Below the pieces are notes generated by a model. It had not been told where the DNA came from and ran no database searches. It saw nothing but the letters and a program-made list of their open reading frames with translations. A stretch of 64,000 nt of DNA from Candidatus Kapaibacterium sp. (GTDB lineage Bacteria > Bacteroidota > Ignavibacteria > Kapaibacteriales > UBA961), in assembly GCA_046328995.1 (NCBI GenBank), contig JAXLVN010000001.1, forward strand, positions 39,477 to 103,476. Direction: 5' to 3'. Below are positions 8,307-18,846 of this stretch, piece after piece. Numbering within the stretch: the stretch's first letter is position 1; every line of letters begins with the position of its first letter. The position numbers and the translations under genes are program-made.

Positions 8307-10496
8307 TTACACCATACCTGAACGCTTCCGCAGGAACCATTCAACGGCAAAGAAGAGGAGGGCACTTGCCAGCATCCACGGCAAATTCCAGAGAGCAAAT
8401 TCTGACTTTTGGGTGATTGTACGATCTTTAAATCCGGGGTGTTTTTTCATGTCTTCGAGGAGGGTTGATGCCGTCGCCGGAGTATAGAATTTCCCGCCGG
8501 TGCGCTCAGCCATTTGCCGTAAGAGCTCGGCATTCATCCGAACATTCTGATATTCGAGTGCTATATCGCCTACGCTGAAGCGGCCGTTGTCGGTGCCATA
8601 TGGTTTTTGATTAACGGTCACGCTGCCCGAATATGCATAATCACCTTCCGCAAGTCCATCAATCTGACCGGTATAGCGTCCATTCGAAAGTGGTGTCAGA
8701 TGCACTTCCCGCGACAATTTCCCGCCGGAAATTTTCACCACCACATCCGCATTTTCAATCGGTGCGAGCGTCTGATCATAGACCTGAGCAATGCACTCGA
8801 CTTTCTCGCCGCTTGCATAGAGTTTCTTGCTCGTGCGAATCCGTACGGACTTTTGATTTTCTGTCGTCGTCAGCCATTTGGTGGTGTTTTGCAGGAAAAT
8901 CGAGAGGATATCCGGCATATCCTGACGTCCTTTTGACACTTCAGCAGCTTCGCCTAAAAGCTTCCATCGGTAGAGACCATAGCCGAGAATGGCAACAGAC
9001 TTTTTACCCTGAAACTCACGGGAACTGATAAGAGGTTCGCTCAGCGGTGTCGTATTAACCTTAATCGTCGAAAGCACTTCCGACTCGGGTTTTATTTTGA
9101 CAAACGTTTCGGTGCGGTAAATGGGCGGTAATTGATTCCACAGGTGGGCATCGTCATTAGTACCGGTAATTTTCAGCAGCGAATTCGACAACGCTCTCTG
9201 CGGCACATCGGCGAAGGCGAGAAACTCCTGCGGACGTGAGGAAACAATTGAAAAAGGAAGGTACGGTTCCAAGATTCGTAGCTTGGTATAATCAGTCTGA
9301 AGCGATGCGACAAACAGCAGCGGCTTGCCGCGTTCGCACTCCTGAGCAATCATCTGCACCACGGCAGCAGGAGTCGAGCTGATCGGAAATCCAATTAATA
9401 CAATCGCTTCGGCATCTTTGAGGGATTGAGCGCTTGGCTGTACGTCATAAAATTCAGCGCCCTGCTTTTGGATAAATGCCGTGATGTCAGCACCTTTTTC
9501 TTTGTCTAAGATTGAACGGATAAACGACACATCCGAACTCGGTGCGCCGGCAAAAAGAACGACTTTACGTTTCTGCTTAAGAACGGTGATGAATTCCGAC
9601 AGGGAATTATTTTTAGATGTCAATTCACCGTTTTTGGGAGCAATTGTTGCCGTAAGTTTGTGAATTCCTTCGGTCTTTGGATGATAGTCAAAGAGAGCGG
9701 AATAGGCGGTTTGTTCTCCCCGCAGACGGAGTGTCTGCTCGGCTATCTGAACGCCGTTATCGGACAAAATGAGCTTCGTTTCGGTGCCTTGATCATCTGT
9801 AATGCCGGATGATTTGATGTTTATATTCACCGGCACCGACGCGTCGAGATAGGTAATTTCATTGGTAATAATAGTCTGAATTGCGATGTCTTTGGGTTCG
9901 GACGAGTCACCTATACCTATAATATACAACGGCTTGCCCTGCATCTCAGCTTCATAAAGCGGATTGGCTCCGGTATTAAACGCACCATCGGTTACGAGGA
10001 GTCCTGCCCGGATATTTGCATTTTCGGAGCGTTCTCCCATCCAGCGGATAGCGGCTGCTATATCGGTGAGCTGCCCGTCAAATTTCAGCGAATCGAGGGC
10101 GGTGGCATGAGGAATCGAGAGGACAGTTTCCTGAAATGCTGCGACATCGGCTGCATCATTGATCGAGAGCACATTGGAGGCCGTCAGGGCGGTTTTAAAA
10201 GCATCACGGCGACTGCCGGTAATATCCTTAATTGTCATCGACTGCGAATTATCGAGGAGGACAGCCACATGAGGTACGTCGATGCTTGCCCGCACGAGCG
10301 ATAAAATAGGTTCGAAAAGAGCGATAATGAGTAGCGAAAGAGCAAGCGTACGGAGACTAAGAAGGAGCGCTTTCTTACCGGAGGAAATAGGGGGAATCGT
10401 CGTACGGTAACTATAGAAGGCGAGAGCAAATGCACCGAAGATGGTCAGAGCGACAAACAGCCAAGAACCACTAATACCAAGTGAATATGAATTCAT
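8307..10496 (-). CDS. VWA (von Willebrand factor A) domain-containing membrane protein, BatA-like
   Basis: 729 aa; two N-terminal TM helices, VAVLLDNSQSM VWA-type start motif, C-terminal TM helix (LPWMLASALLFFAVEWFL); architecture typical of Bacteroidetes BatA-like VWA proteins. Confidence 0.55.
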   Translation of the reverse strand: MNSYSLGISGSWLFVALTIFGAFALAFYSYRTTIPPISSGKKALLLSLRTLALSLLIIALFEPILSLVRASIDVPHVAVLLDNSQSMTIKDITGSRRDAFKTALTASNVLSINDAADVAAFQETVLSIPHATALDSLKFDGQLTDIAAAIRWMGERSENANIRAGLLVTDGAFNTGANPLYEAEMQGKPLYIIGIGDSSEPKDIAIQTIITNEITYLDASVPVNINIKSSGITDDQGTETKLILSDNGVQIAEQTLRLRGEQTAYSALFDYHPKTEGIHKLTATIAPKNGELTSKNNSLSEFITVLKQKRKVVLFAGAPSSDVSFIRSILDKEKGADITAFIQKQGAEFYDVQPSAQSLKDAEAIVLIGFPISSTPAAVVQMIAQECERGKPLLFVASLQTDYTKLRILEPYLPFSIVSSRPQEFLAFADVPQRALSNSLLKITGTNDDAHLWNQLPPIYRTETFVKIKPESEVLSTIKVNTTPLSEPLISSREFQGKKSVAILGYGLYRWKLLGEAAEVSKGRQDMPDILSIFLQNTTKWLTTTENQKSVRIRTSKKLYASGEKVECIAQVYDQTLAPIENADVVVKISGGKLSREVHLTPLSNGRYTGQIDGLAEGDYAYSGSVTVNQKPYGTDNGRFSVGDIALEYQNVRMNAELLRQMAERTGGKFYTPATASTLLEDMKKHPGFKDRTITQKSEFALWNLPWMLASALLFFAVEWFLRKRSGMV

Positions 10497-10695
10497 GTAC
10501 TTAAGAGGAATTAACGATAAAGATTAGGGTGAGACTTCAATTTTTGAACCGCCTTCGACGAACGTCACAGAATTGAATTTTAGGCACGAAAAGCCCGAAA
10601 TTAACTTGCTTCTTATGCGAGAAGGTCGTAAGTTCGTACGCTTTTGGTCGAACTCTAAAAACAATTTGCACAAAAAATTACAAACAACAATCCTT

Positions 10696-13221
10696 ATGGC
10701 GAAGAAAAATCCTCCTGAAACACAGAAACCCCATCTCACTTCACTACCCGAGCTTCAACCTTCTCAACTCTCCTGGCGCTGCCCGGAGGACTTATTTTCG
10801 TTTGAAACCACACAAGAGCTGACGCCTATCAAAGGAATCGTCGGTCAGGAGCGGGCAATTGAGGCGATTCGTCTCGGAGCGCAGTTATATTCTCATGGCT
10901 ACAACACGTTCGTCTCCGGTGTATCCGGTACAGGCCGACTCTCAACGGTGAAGAAAATTCTCGATGAAGTAGCGACTTCGACGCCGGTGCTGTTTGATTT
11001 CTGTTATGTGCAAAACTTCGCCACTCCCGACAATCCACGACTCTTGCGTTTTCCTGCCGGGCAGGGCAGACTCTTTTCGAAGGCAATGGACGAGGCGATT
11101 AGTTTTCTGAAGCGGAGAATACCACAACTCTTTGAAGAAGAAGGATTTCAGCAGAAGCGGCTCTCGCTGATTGATTCCTATCAGCAAAAGGAGCAGGATT
11201 TAATCAGTGAGTTTAATATAAAAATACGGCCGAGTGGGTTCGTCCTCGGGCGCATCGAAACCGAAGACGGCATCCCGCAAACCGAGGTATTTCCGATTAT
11301 AAATGGCAAACCGGTCCCGATTTCGGAGATTGATACCCTTGTCAAGGCAAAGAAAATTACGGCTAAAAAAGCGGAAGAATTACGGGAAAAATATGATACA
11401 CTTCATGATGAATTGTATTCCCTTGCGCGGTTAGGGGTGAAATTAATGCAGAAATTCCGCAGCGGACTCATTGAATTCGACACCACATCGGCATCGCTGA
11501 TTACCAAGACTGTTTTTGACGAAATCCGCAATGACTTTCCGGATACGCGGGTCAATGAATACCTGCGGGATGTGGAGAAAGATTTATTGGAGAATTTGGA
11601 AATATTCGAACCTTCCCTCGGGAAACTACCATCAGAAGTCGCTGAAATTAAAGCAGATGAGAATTCCAAGGAGAAATTTGCCGCCTACTCGGTAAATGTG
11701 ATTTTGGATAATTCGCAGAGTAAAGGCGCGCCGGTAATTGTCGAGACAATGCCGACATTTGTGAATTTGCTGGGCACGATTGAGAAGAAATACGACGCCA
11801 ACGGATTCTGGAAAACGGATTTTACAAAGATAAAATCGGGTTCGCTCCTCCGTGCCGATCAGGGCTACCTGGTCGTCAATGCGCTCGACCTTCTGCGTGA
11901 GGAAGGCGCGTGGCAGATTCTCAAGAAAGCACTCTTGTACGGCAAGCTTGAGATTCAGTCGGTGGATACGTATTTCACGATATCGCAGACATTGCTCAAG
12001 CCCGAGCCGATCGAGCTGAACGTAAAGGTCGTGATGATTGGTGATGAAGATTTGTACCGGGCGCTCTATTTTTCAGAGGAAGATTTCAAGAAGATATTTA
12101 AAGTGAATGCGGAGTTTGACTATGAAATTGACCGGTCGGAACATATGATCCGTTACTACGCGCATTTTATTCATAAAATCTGTGACAGTGAAAATTTACT
12201 GCATGCCGATCGGAGCGGTGTGGCGGCTATTGTCGAGTGGGGAGTGGCGCATACCGAGTCGCAGCAGAAGCTGACGCTGCAATTCAGCGATGTCGCCGAT
12301 TTGCTCCGTGAAGCCTCGTATCATGCCCAGTTATCGGGTGGCAGCTCACCTCTTGTAACACGGAAAAGCGTTCAACAGGCGCTGCAAGCGCGCCGCCGTC
12401 GGAATGAAATGCTTGATGAAAAAATCAAACATCAAATCGTTCAGGAAACGCTGATGATCGACACCACCGGTGAGCGCATAGGACAGATTAACGGACTGAC
12501 GGTCTATAGCACGGGATTAATATCATTTGGTAAACCGGCAAGGATCACGTCAAGTGTCGGAGCAGGGGAGTCGAATATTATTAATATAGAGCGTGAAGTG
12601 GAGCTCAGCGGCAGCACGCACGACAAGGGGGTGATGATTTTAGAAGGATTTATGCGGGAGCGCTTCGCTCAGGTGAGACCGTTGACGCTGTCTGCATCGA
12701 TTGCATTCGAACAGAGTTATGGTGGAATTGACGGAGATTCGGCGACGGCTGCCGAGATTATCGTATTGCTGTCCGGACTCTCAAAACTCCCTATAAAGCA
12801 ATCACTTGCCATAACCGGTTCGGTAAATCAAAAGGGCGACATTCAGCCCATCGGCGGCGTCAATGAGAAGATTCAGGGTTTTTTTGAAATCTGTGCCATC
12901 CGTGGACTTCAAGGAGATCAAGGGGTGGTAATTCCTCATCAGAATGTGCAGGATTTGATGCTGTCGGAGGAAGTGATACAGGCAGTGCGGGAGGGTAAAT
13001 TCCATATATATCCCGTGGCCACTATCGAGCAGGCAGCAGAGCGGATGATGGGGTGCTTGGCAGGGAAAATAAATGATGAGTTTTCCTATCCCGAGGGCAC
13101 AATTTACGGACTTGTTGATGCCCGTCTGATTCAATTGCATGCAGCGACGGAGGGCAGCTCGGACAAAGAACCTCCAAAGAAAGCAGGCACAAAACGCAGA
13201 GCACAAACGCAGGCAGAATAA
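10696..13221 (+). CDS. Lon-family (S16) ATP-dependent protease-like protein, LonB/YcbZ-like
   Basis: Start at MAKKNPP; P-loop-like GVSGTGRLS; C-terminal Lon proteolytic domain with catalytic Ser context GIDGDSATAAE and Lys context PIGGVNEKIQG. Confidence 0.6.
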   Translation: MAKKNPPETQKPHLTSLPELQPSQLSWRCPEDLFSFETTQELTPIKGIVGQERAIEAIRLGAQLYSHGYNTFVSGVSGTGRLSTVKKILDEVATSTPVLFDFCYVQNFATPDNPRLLRFPAGQGRLFSKAMDEAISFLKRRIPQLFEEEGFQQKRLSLIDSYQQKEQDLISEFNIKIRPSGFVLGRIETEDGIPQTEVFPIINGKPVPISEIDTLVKAKKITAKKAEELREKYDTLHDELYSLARLGVKLMQKFRSGLIEFDTTSASLITKTVFDEIRNDFPDTRVNEYLRDVEKDLLENLEIFEPSLGKLPSEVAEIKADENSKEKFAAYSVNVILDNSQSKGAPVIVETMPTFVNLLGTIEKKYDANGFWKTDFTKIKSGSLLRADQGYLVVNALDLLREEGAWQILKKALLYGKLEIQSVDTYFTISQTLLKPEPIELNVKVVMIGDEDLYRALYFSEEDFKKIFKVNAEFDYEIDRSEHMIRYYAHFIHKICDSENLLHADRSGVAAIVEWGVAHTESQQKLTLQFSDVADLLREASYHAQLSGGSSPLVTRKSVQQALQARRRRNEMLDEKIKHQIVQETLMIDTTGERIGQINGLTVYSTGLISFGKPARITSSVGAGESNIINIEREVELSGSTHDKGVMILEGFMRERFAQVRPLTLSASIAFEQSYGGIDGDSATAAEIIVLLSGLSKLPIKQSLAITGSVNQKGDIQPIGGVNEKIQGFFEICAIRGLQGDQGVVIPHQNVQDLMLSEEVIQAVREGKFHIYPVATIEQAAERMMGCLAGKINDEFSYPEGTIYGLVDARLIQLHAATEGSSDKEPPKKAGTKRRAQTQAE

Positions 13222-13312
13222 TGACCTCTCTATTAGCGGAAAAAGTGGTAATTTGCTTTTGAAAATGATGTGAAATGTACGTTTTCAACATACTTGATTA
13301 GGGAACATCCGA

Positions 13313-13879
13313 GTGGATATTTATTTAGTACGTCATACTTCCTTAAATGCAGATAAAGCCATCTGCTATGGTCAGTCTGAAGTTCATCTTGCCTCTACTT
13401 TTTTACAAGAAGCAAGCGATACTGCCAAGCTCATCCCCGAGCGTCATAATGCAGTATTTGTTGCTTCACCGGTGCGTCGCTGCGTACAGCTGGCAGAGTA
13501 TCTCAGCCGACGACCACCTATGACCGATAAACGTATTCTGGATCTCAATTTCGGCGATTGGGAGCTCAAGCGATGGGAGCATATCGATCCGGTTGCACTC
13601 GATGCCTGGACTCGAAATGCGGTCCATACCAGCTGTCCCAACGGCGAGTCTTATACCGACCTCTTTACCCGCAGTATTGATTTTTTTGATGAATTGACGG
13701 CCAAAAACCAAAAAGCAGCCGTGATTGTAACCCATGCGAGCGTCATTCGGTGCTTGCTTATGTATGTATTGGCTATTCCGTTCGAACGCTCGTTTGATAT
13801 GAGAATCGCCTATGGCAGTGTGAGCAAAATCAAAATCGAAGACGGTTCGGTGAGTGTCGATTTTATTAATAGAATTTAG
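13313..13879 (+). CDS. Histidine phosphatase family protein (phosphoglycerate mutase-like, CobC-like)
   Basis: N-terminal LVRHTS (RHG-type motif) and second catalytic His in VIVTHASVIRCLL. Confidence 0.6.
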   Translation: MDIYLVRHTSLNADKAICYGQSEVHLASTFLQEASDTAKLIPERHNAVFVASPVRRCVQLAEYLSRRPPMTDKRILDLNFGDWELKRWEHIDPVALDAWTRNAVHTSCPNGESYTDLFTRSIDFFDELTAKNQKAAVIVTHASVIRCLLMYVLAIPFERSFDMRIAYGSVSKIKIEDGSVSVDFINRI

Positions 13880-13893
13880 TATCCCCCCTTACA

Positions 13894-15162
13894 ATGCAAC
13901 ATCTAACCTTCGACGATACGGTTGAGTATTCGACCGGGAAACGACCGATGATGGAGTTATTCGACTGGTCGGTATTCCTGGTCGCAATAATGCTCGTAGC
14001 TCTCGGATTAATATCAATTTACAGCGCGACCTACGACATAAAAATGAGCGTCTATTTTACTAAGCAGCTCCAATATGCTGCCGTAGGACTGACCGTAATG
14101 TTCGGCCTTGCGTTCATGCCCGAACGCTGGCTATCGATTACCGCATTCGGTTCGTATGGTCTCTCAATCCTCCTCCTGATAGCCGTGGTCGTCATGGGGA
14201 AGACGGTCTATGGTTCCAAAAGCTGGCTATATCTTGGTCCCGTCGGCTTTCAGCCGTCGGAGCTGGCCAAAATAGGCACCCTGCTCGCACTTGCCGAATA
14301 TATTTCTCGAAAGGGTGTGGACTTACGCACGATCAGGGATATGGCTACCACCATTGGAATCGTAGCTCTGCCGATTGGGCTGATTATGCTTGAGCCGGAT
14401 TTTGGTTCTGCCTCCGTATTTGCAGCGATGCTTCTTGGCGTGATGCTGTGGGCCGGGGTGGATTTATTCCTGCTTTTTGTTGTGGTCGCCGCTCCTCTTA
14501 TCGTGATATCGGCATTTGTCGGCAAGGTATGGTTCTACTCGATTGCAGCAATCTGCACACTTGGCGCTGTGTTTTTCCGCCGGGGTATTGTCGTTACCGT
14601 CCTTTCCATCGGACTCTTTGTAGGGGTTGGATTCTCCTCAAACTATGTCTATGGCATACTGAAGCCCCACCAAAAGGATCGTATTCTCTCGTTTCTCGAC
14701 CCGGAAACTGACCCTCGGGGCAAGGGCTATAATGTTATTCAATCGGTGATGGCAGTAGGGAGCGGGGGATTGACCGGTAAAGGATTTTTACATGGAACGC
14801 AGACGCAACTGCGTTATATTCCAAAACAATGGACCGATTTTATTTTTTGTGTGCCGACCGAGGAATTTGGTTTTGTCGGTGGCATCCTCGTCATTGGTTT
14901 GCTCGGAATTCTCATCTTTCGTGCCATATCGATTGCTTCTATAGCACATAATAAATTCTCGGCGGTCATCTGCATTGGCGTGGCTACTTTGCTCCTGTTT
15001 CATACGATGGTTAATGTCGGAATGGCGATAGGATTATTCCCGGTGATGGGAATTCCTCTCCCGTTTTTAAGTGCCGGAGGGTCGTCGCTGGTCGTTAATT
15101 TTGCATCCGTCGGGCTGCTGCTCAATGCCTACAGGCTGCGTCAGGCGAAGCAGCGAACGTAA
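13894..15162 (+). CDS. rodA: FtsW/RodA/SpoVE family peptidoglycan glycosyltransferase (likely RodA)
   Basis: 10 TM-type hydrophobic profile; signature GFQPSELAKIGTLLALAEY; no dcw-cluster neighbours, hence RodA rather than FtsW. Start may be downstream (MMELF). Confidence 0.7.
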   Translation: MQHLTFDDTVEYSTGKRPMMELFDWSVFLVAIMLVALGLISIYSATYDIKMSVYFTKQLQYAAVGLTVMFGLAFMPERWLSITAFGSYGLSILLLIAVVVMGKTVYGSKSWLYLGPVGFQPSELAKIGTLLALAEYISRKGVDLRTIRDMATTIGIVALPIGLIMLEPDFGSASVFAAMLLGVMLWAGVDLFLLFVVVAAPLIVISAFVGKVWFYSIAAICTLGAVFFRRGIVVTVLSIGLFVGVGFSSNYVYGILKPHQKDRILSFLDPETDPRGKGYNVIQSVMAVGSGGLTGKGFLHGTQTQLRYIPKQWTDFIFCVPTEEFGFVGGILVIGLLGILIFRAISIASIAHNKFSAVICIGVATLLLFHTMVNVGMAIGLFPVMGIPLPFLSAGGSSLVVNFASVGLLLNAYRLRQAKQRT

Positions 15163-15171
15163 CGGCAGGGC

Positions 15172-15210
15172 ATAAAAAAAGCCCGAGATTAATCTAATAA
15201 CTTCGGGCTT
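15172..15210 (-). terminator. Rho-independent terminator in the RodA / BCCP-like intergenic region
   Basis: Hairpin gcccgag-attaatctaataact-tcgggc preceded on + strand by aaaaaaa (so U-run on minus strand); lies 3' of the minus-strand gene ending at 15315 and just 3' of rodA. Confidence 0.5.
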
Positions 15211-15314
15211 GAGCGTCTTGGCGCGACTCTCAGGGGAGAGATTGCCGCTCAACTCTGCACAAAAATACAACTTTTTCTGAAACTGCCAACACCTTTTCTG
15301 CGCCGGCATAAAAA

Positions 15315-15851
15315 TTATTTTTCATGTTCTTCGGGTTCGATCACACACAGCACCGCACTTTTATCAACGACACTGCCTTCCTGCACGGAAATTCCGGTAA
15401 TAATACCTCCGACCGGTGATTTAATAGAATTCTCCATTTTCATTGCTTCAAGCACAAAAAGCTGCTCGCCTTTCTTTACTTTCTGTCCGGTATGTACGCA
15501 GACGACCTTGATGAGTCCGGGCATAGGGGCAGGAATTTTGGTGACCATCGACTTGCCGCCGAGACCCGAAAGGAGTATCTGATTGTAGCGGTTTTCTTTC
15601 TCGCTCAGCACTTCGAGAGGATAGGAATAGCCCGAGTAAGAGACTATAGGATTGCCCCGACTGTCGAGCTTGACAATCATCGTACGTTCCTGCCGGTCTT
15701 CGCCTGTGATAGTGAGCACCAGAGGATATTCCTGCTCAACCAAACACGCATACTCCCGCCCGTTAGCAAGGGCAGTATGCTCTGAAATTTCAATGGTCAG
15801 CGGCGCGTTCTGCGTGATAAAATCTCCTGTTACATAATGCTTTGCGTTCAT
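15315..15851 (-). CDS. Biotin/lipoyl attachment domain protein (biotin carboxyl carrier-like, MmdC/AccB-like)
   Basis: Start moved to internal MNAKHYV (15851); C-terminal biotinyl domain with EAMKM attachment motif (VLEAMKMENSIKSPVGGIITGISVQEGSVV). Confidence 0.6.
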   Translation of the reverse strand: MNAKHYVTGDFITQNAPLTIEISEHTALANGREYACLVEQEYPLVLTITGEDRQERTMIVKLDSRGNPIVSYSGYSYPLEVLSEKENRYNQILLSGLGGKSMVTKIPAPMPGLIKVVCVHTGQKVKKGEQLFVLEAMKMENSIKSPVGGIITGISVQEGSVVDKSAVLCVIEPEEHEK

Positions 15852-15918
15852 GTATTTCTCGTATATTTGAATGTACCTGATTGTATAAATTATATTTGTA
15901 AACCTACTATCGTCGTGC

Positions 15919-16305
15919 TTGTGCTCTGCGAGCCGAACCGGCGACCCAATTCCCATGACGAGAAAAATTATCGAATCTACCCGGAAAGAACATCGCGATT
16001 TTGATAGTCGCGTCCTCGAAATTGTACAGCAAATTCCCTTCGGCAGAGTCACGACTTATGGTCATATCGCCGCCGCACTCGGCGCAAGGCGTTCATCACG
16101 CATGGTGGGCTATGCACTCAATAATGTCAAAAACCGCGATTTTATTCCGTGCCATCGCGTGATTAATCGTAACGGCGAACTCACCGGTAAGCTCCATTTT
16201 GCTACGCCGACGCTCATGCGTGAGCTCCTCGAAGCCGAGGACGTAGAATTCATCGGCGATGCTGTCAATTTAGAGAAGCATTTGTGGGTGCCGGAAATAC
16301 AGTAG
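15919..16305 (+). CDS. MGMT-family DNA-binding domain protein (methylated-DNA-protein-cysteine methyltransferase C-terminal-like)
   Basis: VTTYGHIAAALG...IPCHRVINRNGELTG (PCHR active-site motif); only ~128 aa, so lacks the N-terminal domain. Confidence 0.55.
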   Translation: MCSASRTGDPIPMTRKIIESTRKEHRDFDSRVLEIVQQIPFGRVTTYGHIAAALGARRSSRMVGYALNNVKNRDFIPCHRVINRNGELTGKLHFATPTLMRELLEAEDVEFIGDAVNLEKHLWVPEIQ

Positions 16306-16310
16306 AAGAA

Positions 16311-18773
16311 TTACCGTGTGACGACCACATTCTGCGACCACATACCTGTTCCGGAGGTAAGCGTGCAGCGATACACACCGGCAGGAAGACTTGAGATATC
16401 AATTACCTGAGAAACAATTCCCTCTATCTGTTGATCAAGTACTCTCACGCCGAGGATGGTCTCAAGCGATACGCGAGCCAGGAGACCCGATGCCGTCCCG
16501 TGGATTGTAAGCGAACCATTCGTACATGGATTGGGAGAAATGCTCCAGGAAGTAGCATCAGTACTATTGGGAGTCTCGACACCGACCGTATTAGAGGTCG
16601 TGAAATTCCATGTATCCGACCATTGACCCCAGAGTCCGCCGATTTTAGCACGTAAGCGCCAGTAATATTTTGTGCTTATATCTAAATTGCTGACCGTCTT
16701 GAGTACAACGAGCAAGAGGGAATCCTGACGGTCGATTGTCGAAAAGTCGCTCGTCGTGGAGAGCTGAAGATGATATAATTCGGCGCCTTGAACTGTCTTC
16801 CAGATTAAATTGGTGGATACCGGTACATTCACCGCTTCATTGCTCGGTGAGGACAGAGTGACTTTACCCGGGATTTCTGCTTCGGTGGTCAAACGTCTGC
16901 TGGCTGACCAATCGCTCCAATGGGTGCCGTCGGACGTCGCCACACGCCAATAATACTCGGTACTGTTGGCAAGAGTGCTGACGGCCTTGGACGTCGTGGT
17001 AATCGTCGAGTCATCGACAAGGAGAGTCGAGAAAATCGACGACGAACTCACCTGCAGGCGGTAATGAGTCGCACTGACGGCAGGAGCCCAGGAGAAGGTA
17101 ACAGAGGTCGAGACATTGGTTGCTTTATCGGCAGGGCTGATGAGTTCGGGAGCAATTAACACAATCTGCGCCTTAAAATCTACGGAGTTCGGCGTGATGT
17201 CTTTGACAATCACGGTTGCTTTCGGCGGCAGAAAACTATAGCCCGTTTTTGTCGGAGTAACGCTATAGGTACCATTAGGTACATTTTCAATGACATAGAC
17301 GCCGTTCGAACCGGTCGTCGCTGACCGTAATCCGTCGCTGACGAGCACACCTTGAAGTGGGATGTCATTGAGGGTAATATAGCCGGTAATCGTATAGGTA
17401 GGGAAGTTATACCGCCCAACAAACACATCGAGTCCTCCCACACTACCGATATCCTTTATCGTGCCGCCTGGGAACGAACATGCATCGCGAAAACCTCCCG
17501 TGACATAGAGATCGCCTCTGGCGTCTGCGATAATACCGTTGCCATTATCATTGAGAGCGCCGCCTGCTCTGCGGGCCCATTGAAGTGCACCGGAATAATT
17601 ATAACAGGCAATAATGACGTCGCTTTTTCCGGCACTAATCAGATCGGGTATATTACTGAGACCGAAATCTGTCTTATCGTAAAAATTACCAATGACATAG
17701 ACATTACCACTCTTGTCGAGCGTGACGCCACGACCCATATCCGCTTCCGTATTACCGACTCTCACCGCGCCTTCGGAAAAGCCGTCGATCGTGTATTTCG
17801 CCAAGAACATTCCACCAAGCTTGAGCGAATAATCGGTGCTGAAAGTCGCCGTGCCTGTATAAAAACCGGTGACAAAGATCGTACCGGTGTCATCGACGGT
17901 AATGGCATTGGGTTCATCATCCGAAGATCCGCCGGCTTTCCGGGCCCATTGCGGTACACCGTCGAGACTGTACTGTGAAACAAAACAGTCATAATTACCG
18001 GCGCTTGTCAGATCCGTAGCCGTTCCACCCGGAAAGGTAGCCGTTCCCCAGAAGAATCCCGCCATGTCGATGAATCCGTTTTTATCAAAACACAATGCCC
18101 GTGCCTCATCATAGGAGGTACCACCGCAGCGCTTAGCCCATAAAGCTTCGCCTGTTGTCGAATATTTTGCGAGAAATATATCCGTCGCGCCGGCAGAAGT
18201 AATCGTTCCGGCTTTGGTACCCGGGAATGTAATTTTATCGGTAAATGCACCTGCTACATAATAGTTACCCTTGTCATCGACAGTGATTCCACGTCCTGCA
18301 TCGTCGGTCGTGCTTCCAAAGCGCTGCACCCATTGTACACTGCCGGCGGAGCTGAGCTTGCAAAGAAAGACATCCGTACCTCCGGCAGACTTAACGGTGT
18401 CTTTGCCGAAGATGGCATTGGTCATAAACGAACCCGTGATGACGAGTGTTCCGCCGGGTTCACAAGCGATCGAATAGCCGATATCTTCTGCCGTGCCGCC
18501 GAAATTCTTCGCCCAGAGGACCGAGCCGTCACTGCTGTATTTTGCCACAAAAATATCACTGTTGCCATTGCTTTTGAGAGTAGTGCCACCGAGAGAGATA
18601 TCATTCGTAAATGTACCAACAACATAGCTGTTACCTGTAGAGTCGAGGGCAATTGACTGGCCTGAATCATCACCGGTCGAGCCGGAAGCGGTCACCCAAC
18701 GCGGGACTACCTGAGCATGGGTAAGGAGGGAAGTAAAGCATATCAATACCGAAAGGAGTAGCAGTTTTTTCAT
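16311..18773 (-). CDS. Cell-surface protein with SBBP-type beta-propeller repeats, Fn3-like domains and T9SS C-terminal sorting domain
   Basis: Start at MKKLLLLSVLICFTSLLTHAQ (18773); repeated ...GxxxDxGxxIxxDxxGNxYVxGxF motifs; Fn3-like HYRLQVS/YYWRV segments; C-terminus ...GVYRCTLTSGTGMWSQNVVVTR typical of T9SS CTD. Confidence 0.6.
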   Translation of the reverse strand: MKKLLLLSVLICFTSLLTHAQVVPRWVTASGSTGDDSGQSIALDSTGNSYVVGTFTNDISLGGTTLKSNGNSDIFVAKYSSDGSVLWAKNFGGTAEDIGYSIACEPGGTLVITGSFMTNAIFGKDTVKSAGGTDVFLCKLSSAGSVQWVQRFGSTTDDAGRGITVDDKGNYYVAGAFTDKITFPGTKAGTITSAGATDIFLAKYSTTGEALWAKRCGGTSYDEARALCFDKNGFIDMAGFFWGTATFPGGTATDLTSAGNYDCFVSQYSLDGVPQWARKAGGSSDDEPNAITVDDTGTIFVTGFYTGTATFSTDYSLKLGGMFLAKYTIDGFSEGAVRVGNTEADMGRGVTLDKSGNVYVIGNFYDKTDFGLSNIPDLISAGKSDVIIACYNYSGALQWARRAGGALNDNGNGIIADARGDLYVTGGFRDACSFPGGTIKDIGSVGGLDVFVGRYNFPTYTITGYITLNDIPLQGVLVSDGLRSATTGSNGVYVIENVPNGTYSVTPTKTGYSFLPPKATVIVKDITPNSVDFKAQIVLIAPELISPADKATNVSTSVTFSWAPAVSATHYRLQVSSSSIFSTLLVDDSTITTTSKAVSTLANSTEYYWRVATSDGTHWSDWSASRRLTTEAEIPGKVTLSSPSNEAVNVPVSTNLIWKTVQGAELYHLQLSTTSDFSTIDRQDSLLLVVLKTVSNLDISTKYYWRLRAKIGGLWGQWSDTWNFTTSNTVGVETPNSTDATSWSISPNPCTNGSLTIHGTASGLLARVSLETILGVRVLDQQIEGIVSQVIDISSLPAGVYRCTLTSGTGMWSQNVVVTR

Positions 18774-18846
18774 AGTGTTAAGAGAAATAATTCTTGTAAA
18801 TGATACTATAGTTGGATTGAGAGTAACCGTGTGTGGATACAGAACC

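Noticed and set aside
15067-15309. 80-aa minus-strand ORF between rodA and the BCCP-like gene
   Set aside because: Overlaps rodA 3' end and the intergenic terminator hairpin; no RBS or motifs.
16431-18673. Numerous 60-210-aa ORFs on the strand opposite the large minus-strand genes (e.g. 17352-17978, 18333-18656, 29702-30379, 36114-37013, 23974-24501)
   Set aside because: Fully embedded antisense to long, domain-rich CDSs; no motifs; typical spurious antisense ORFs.
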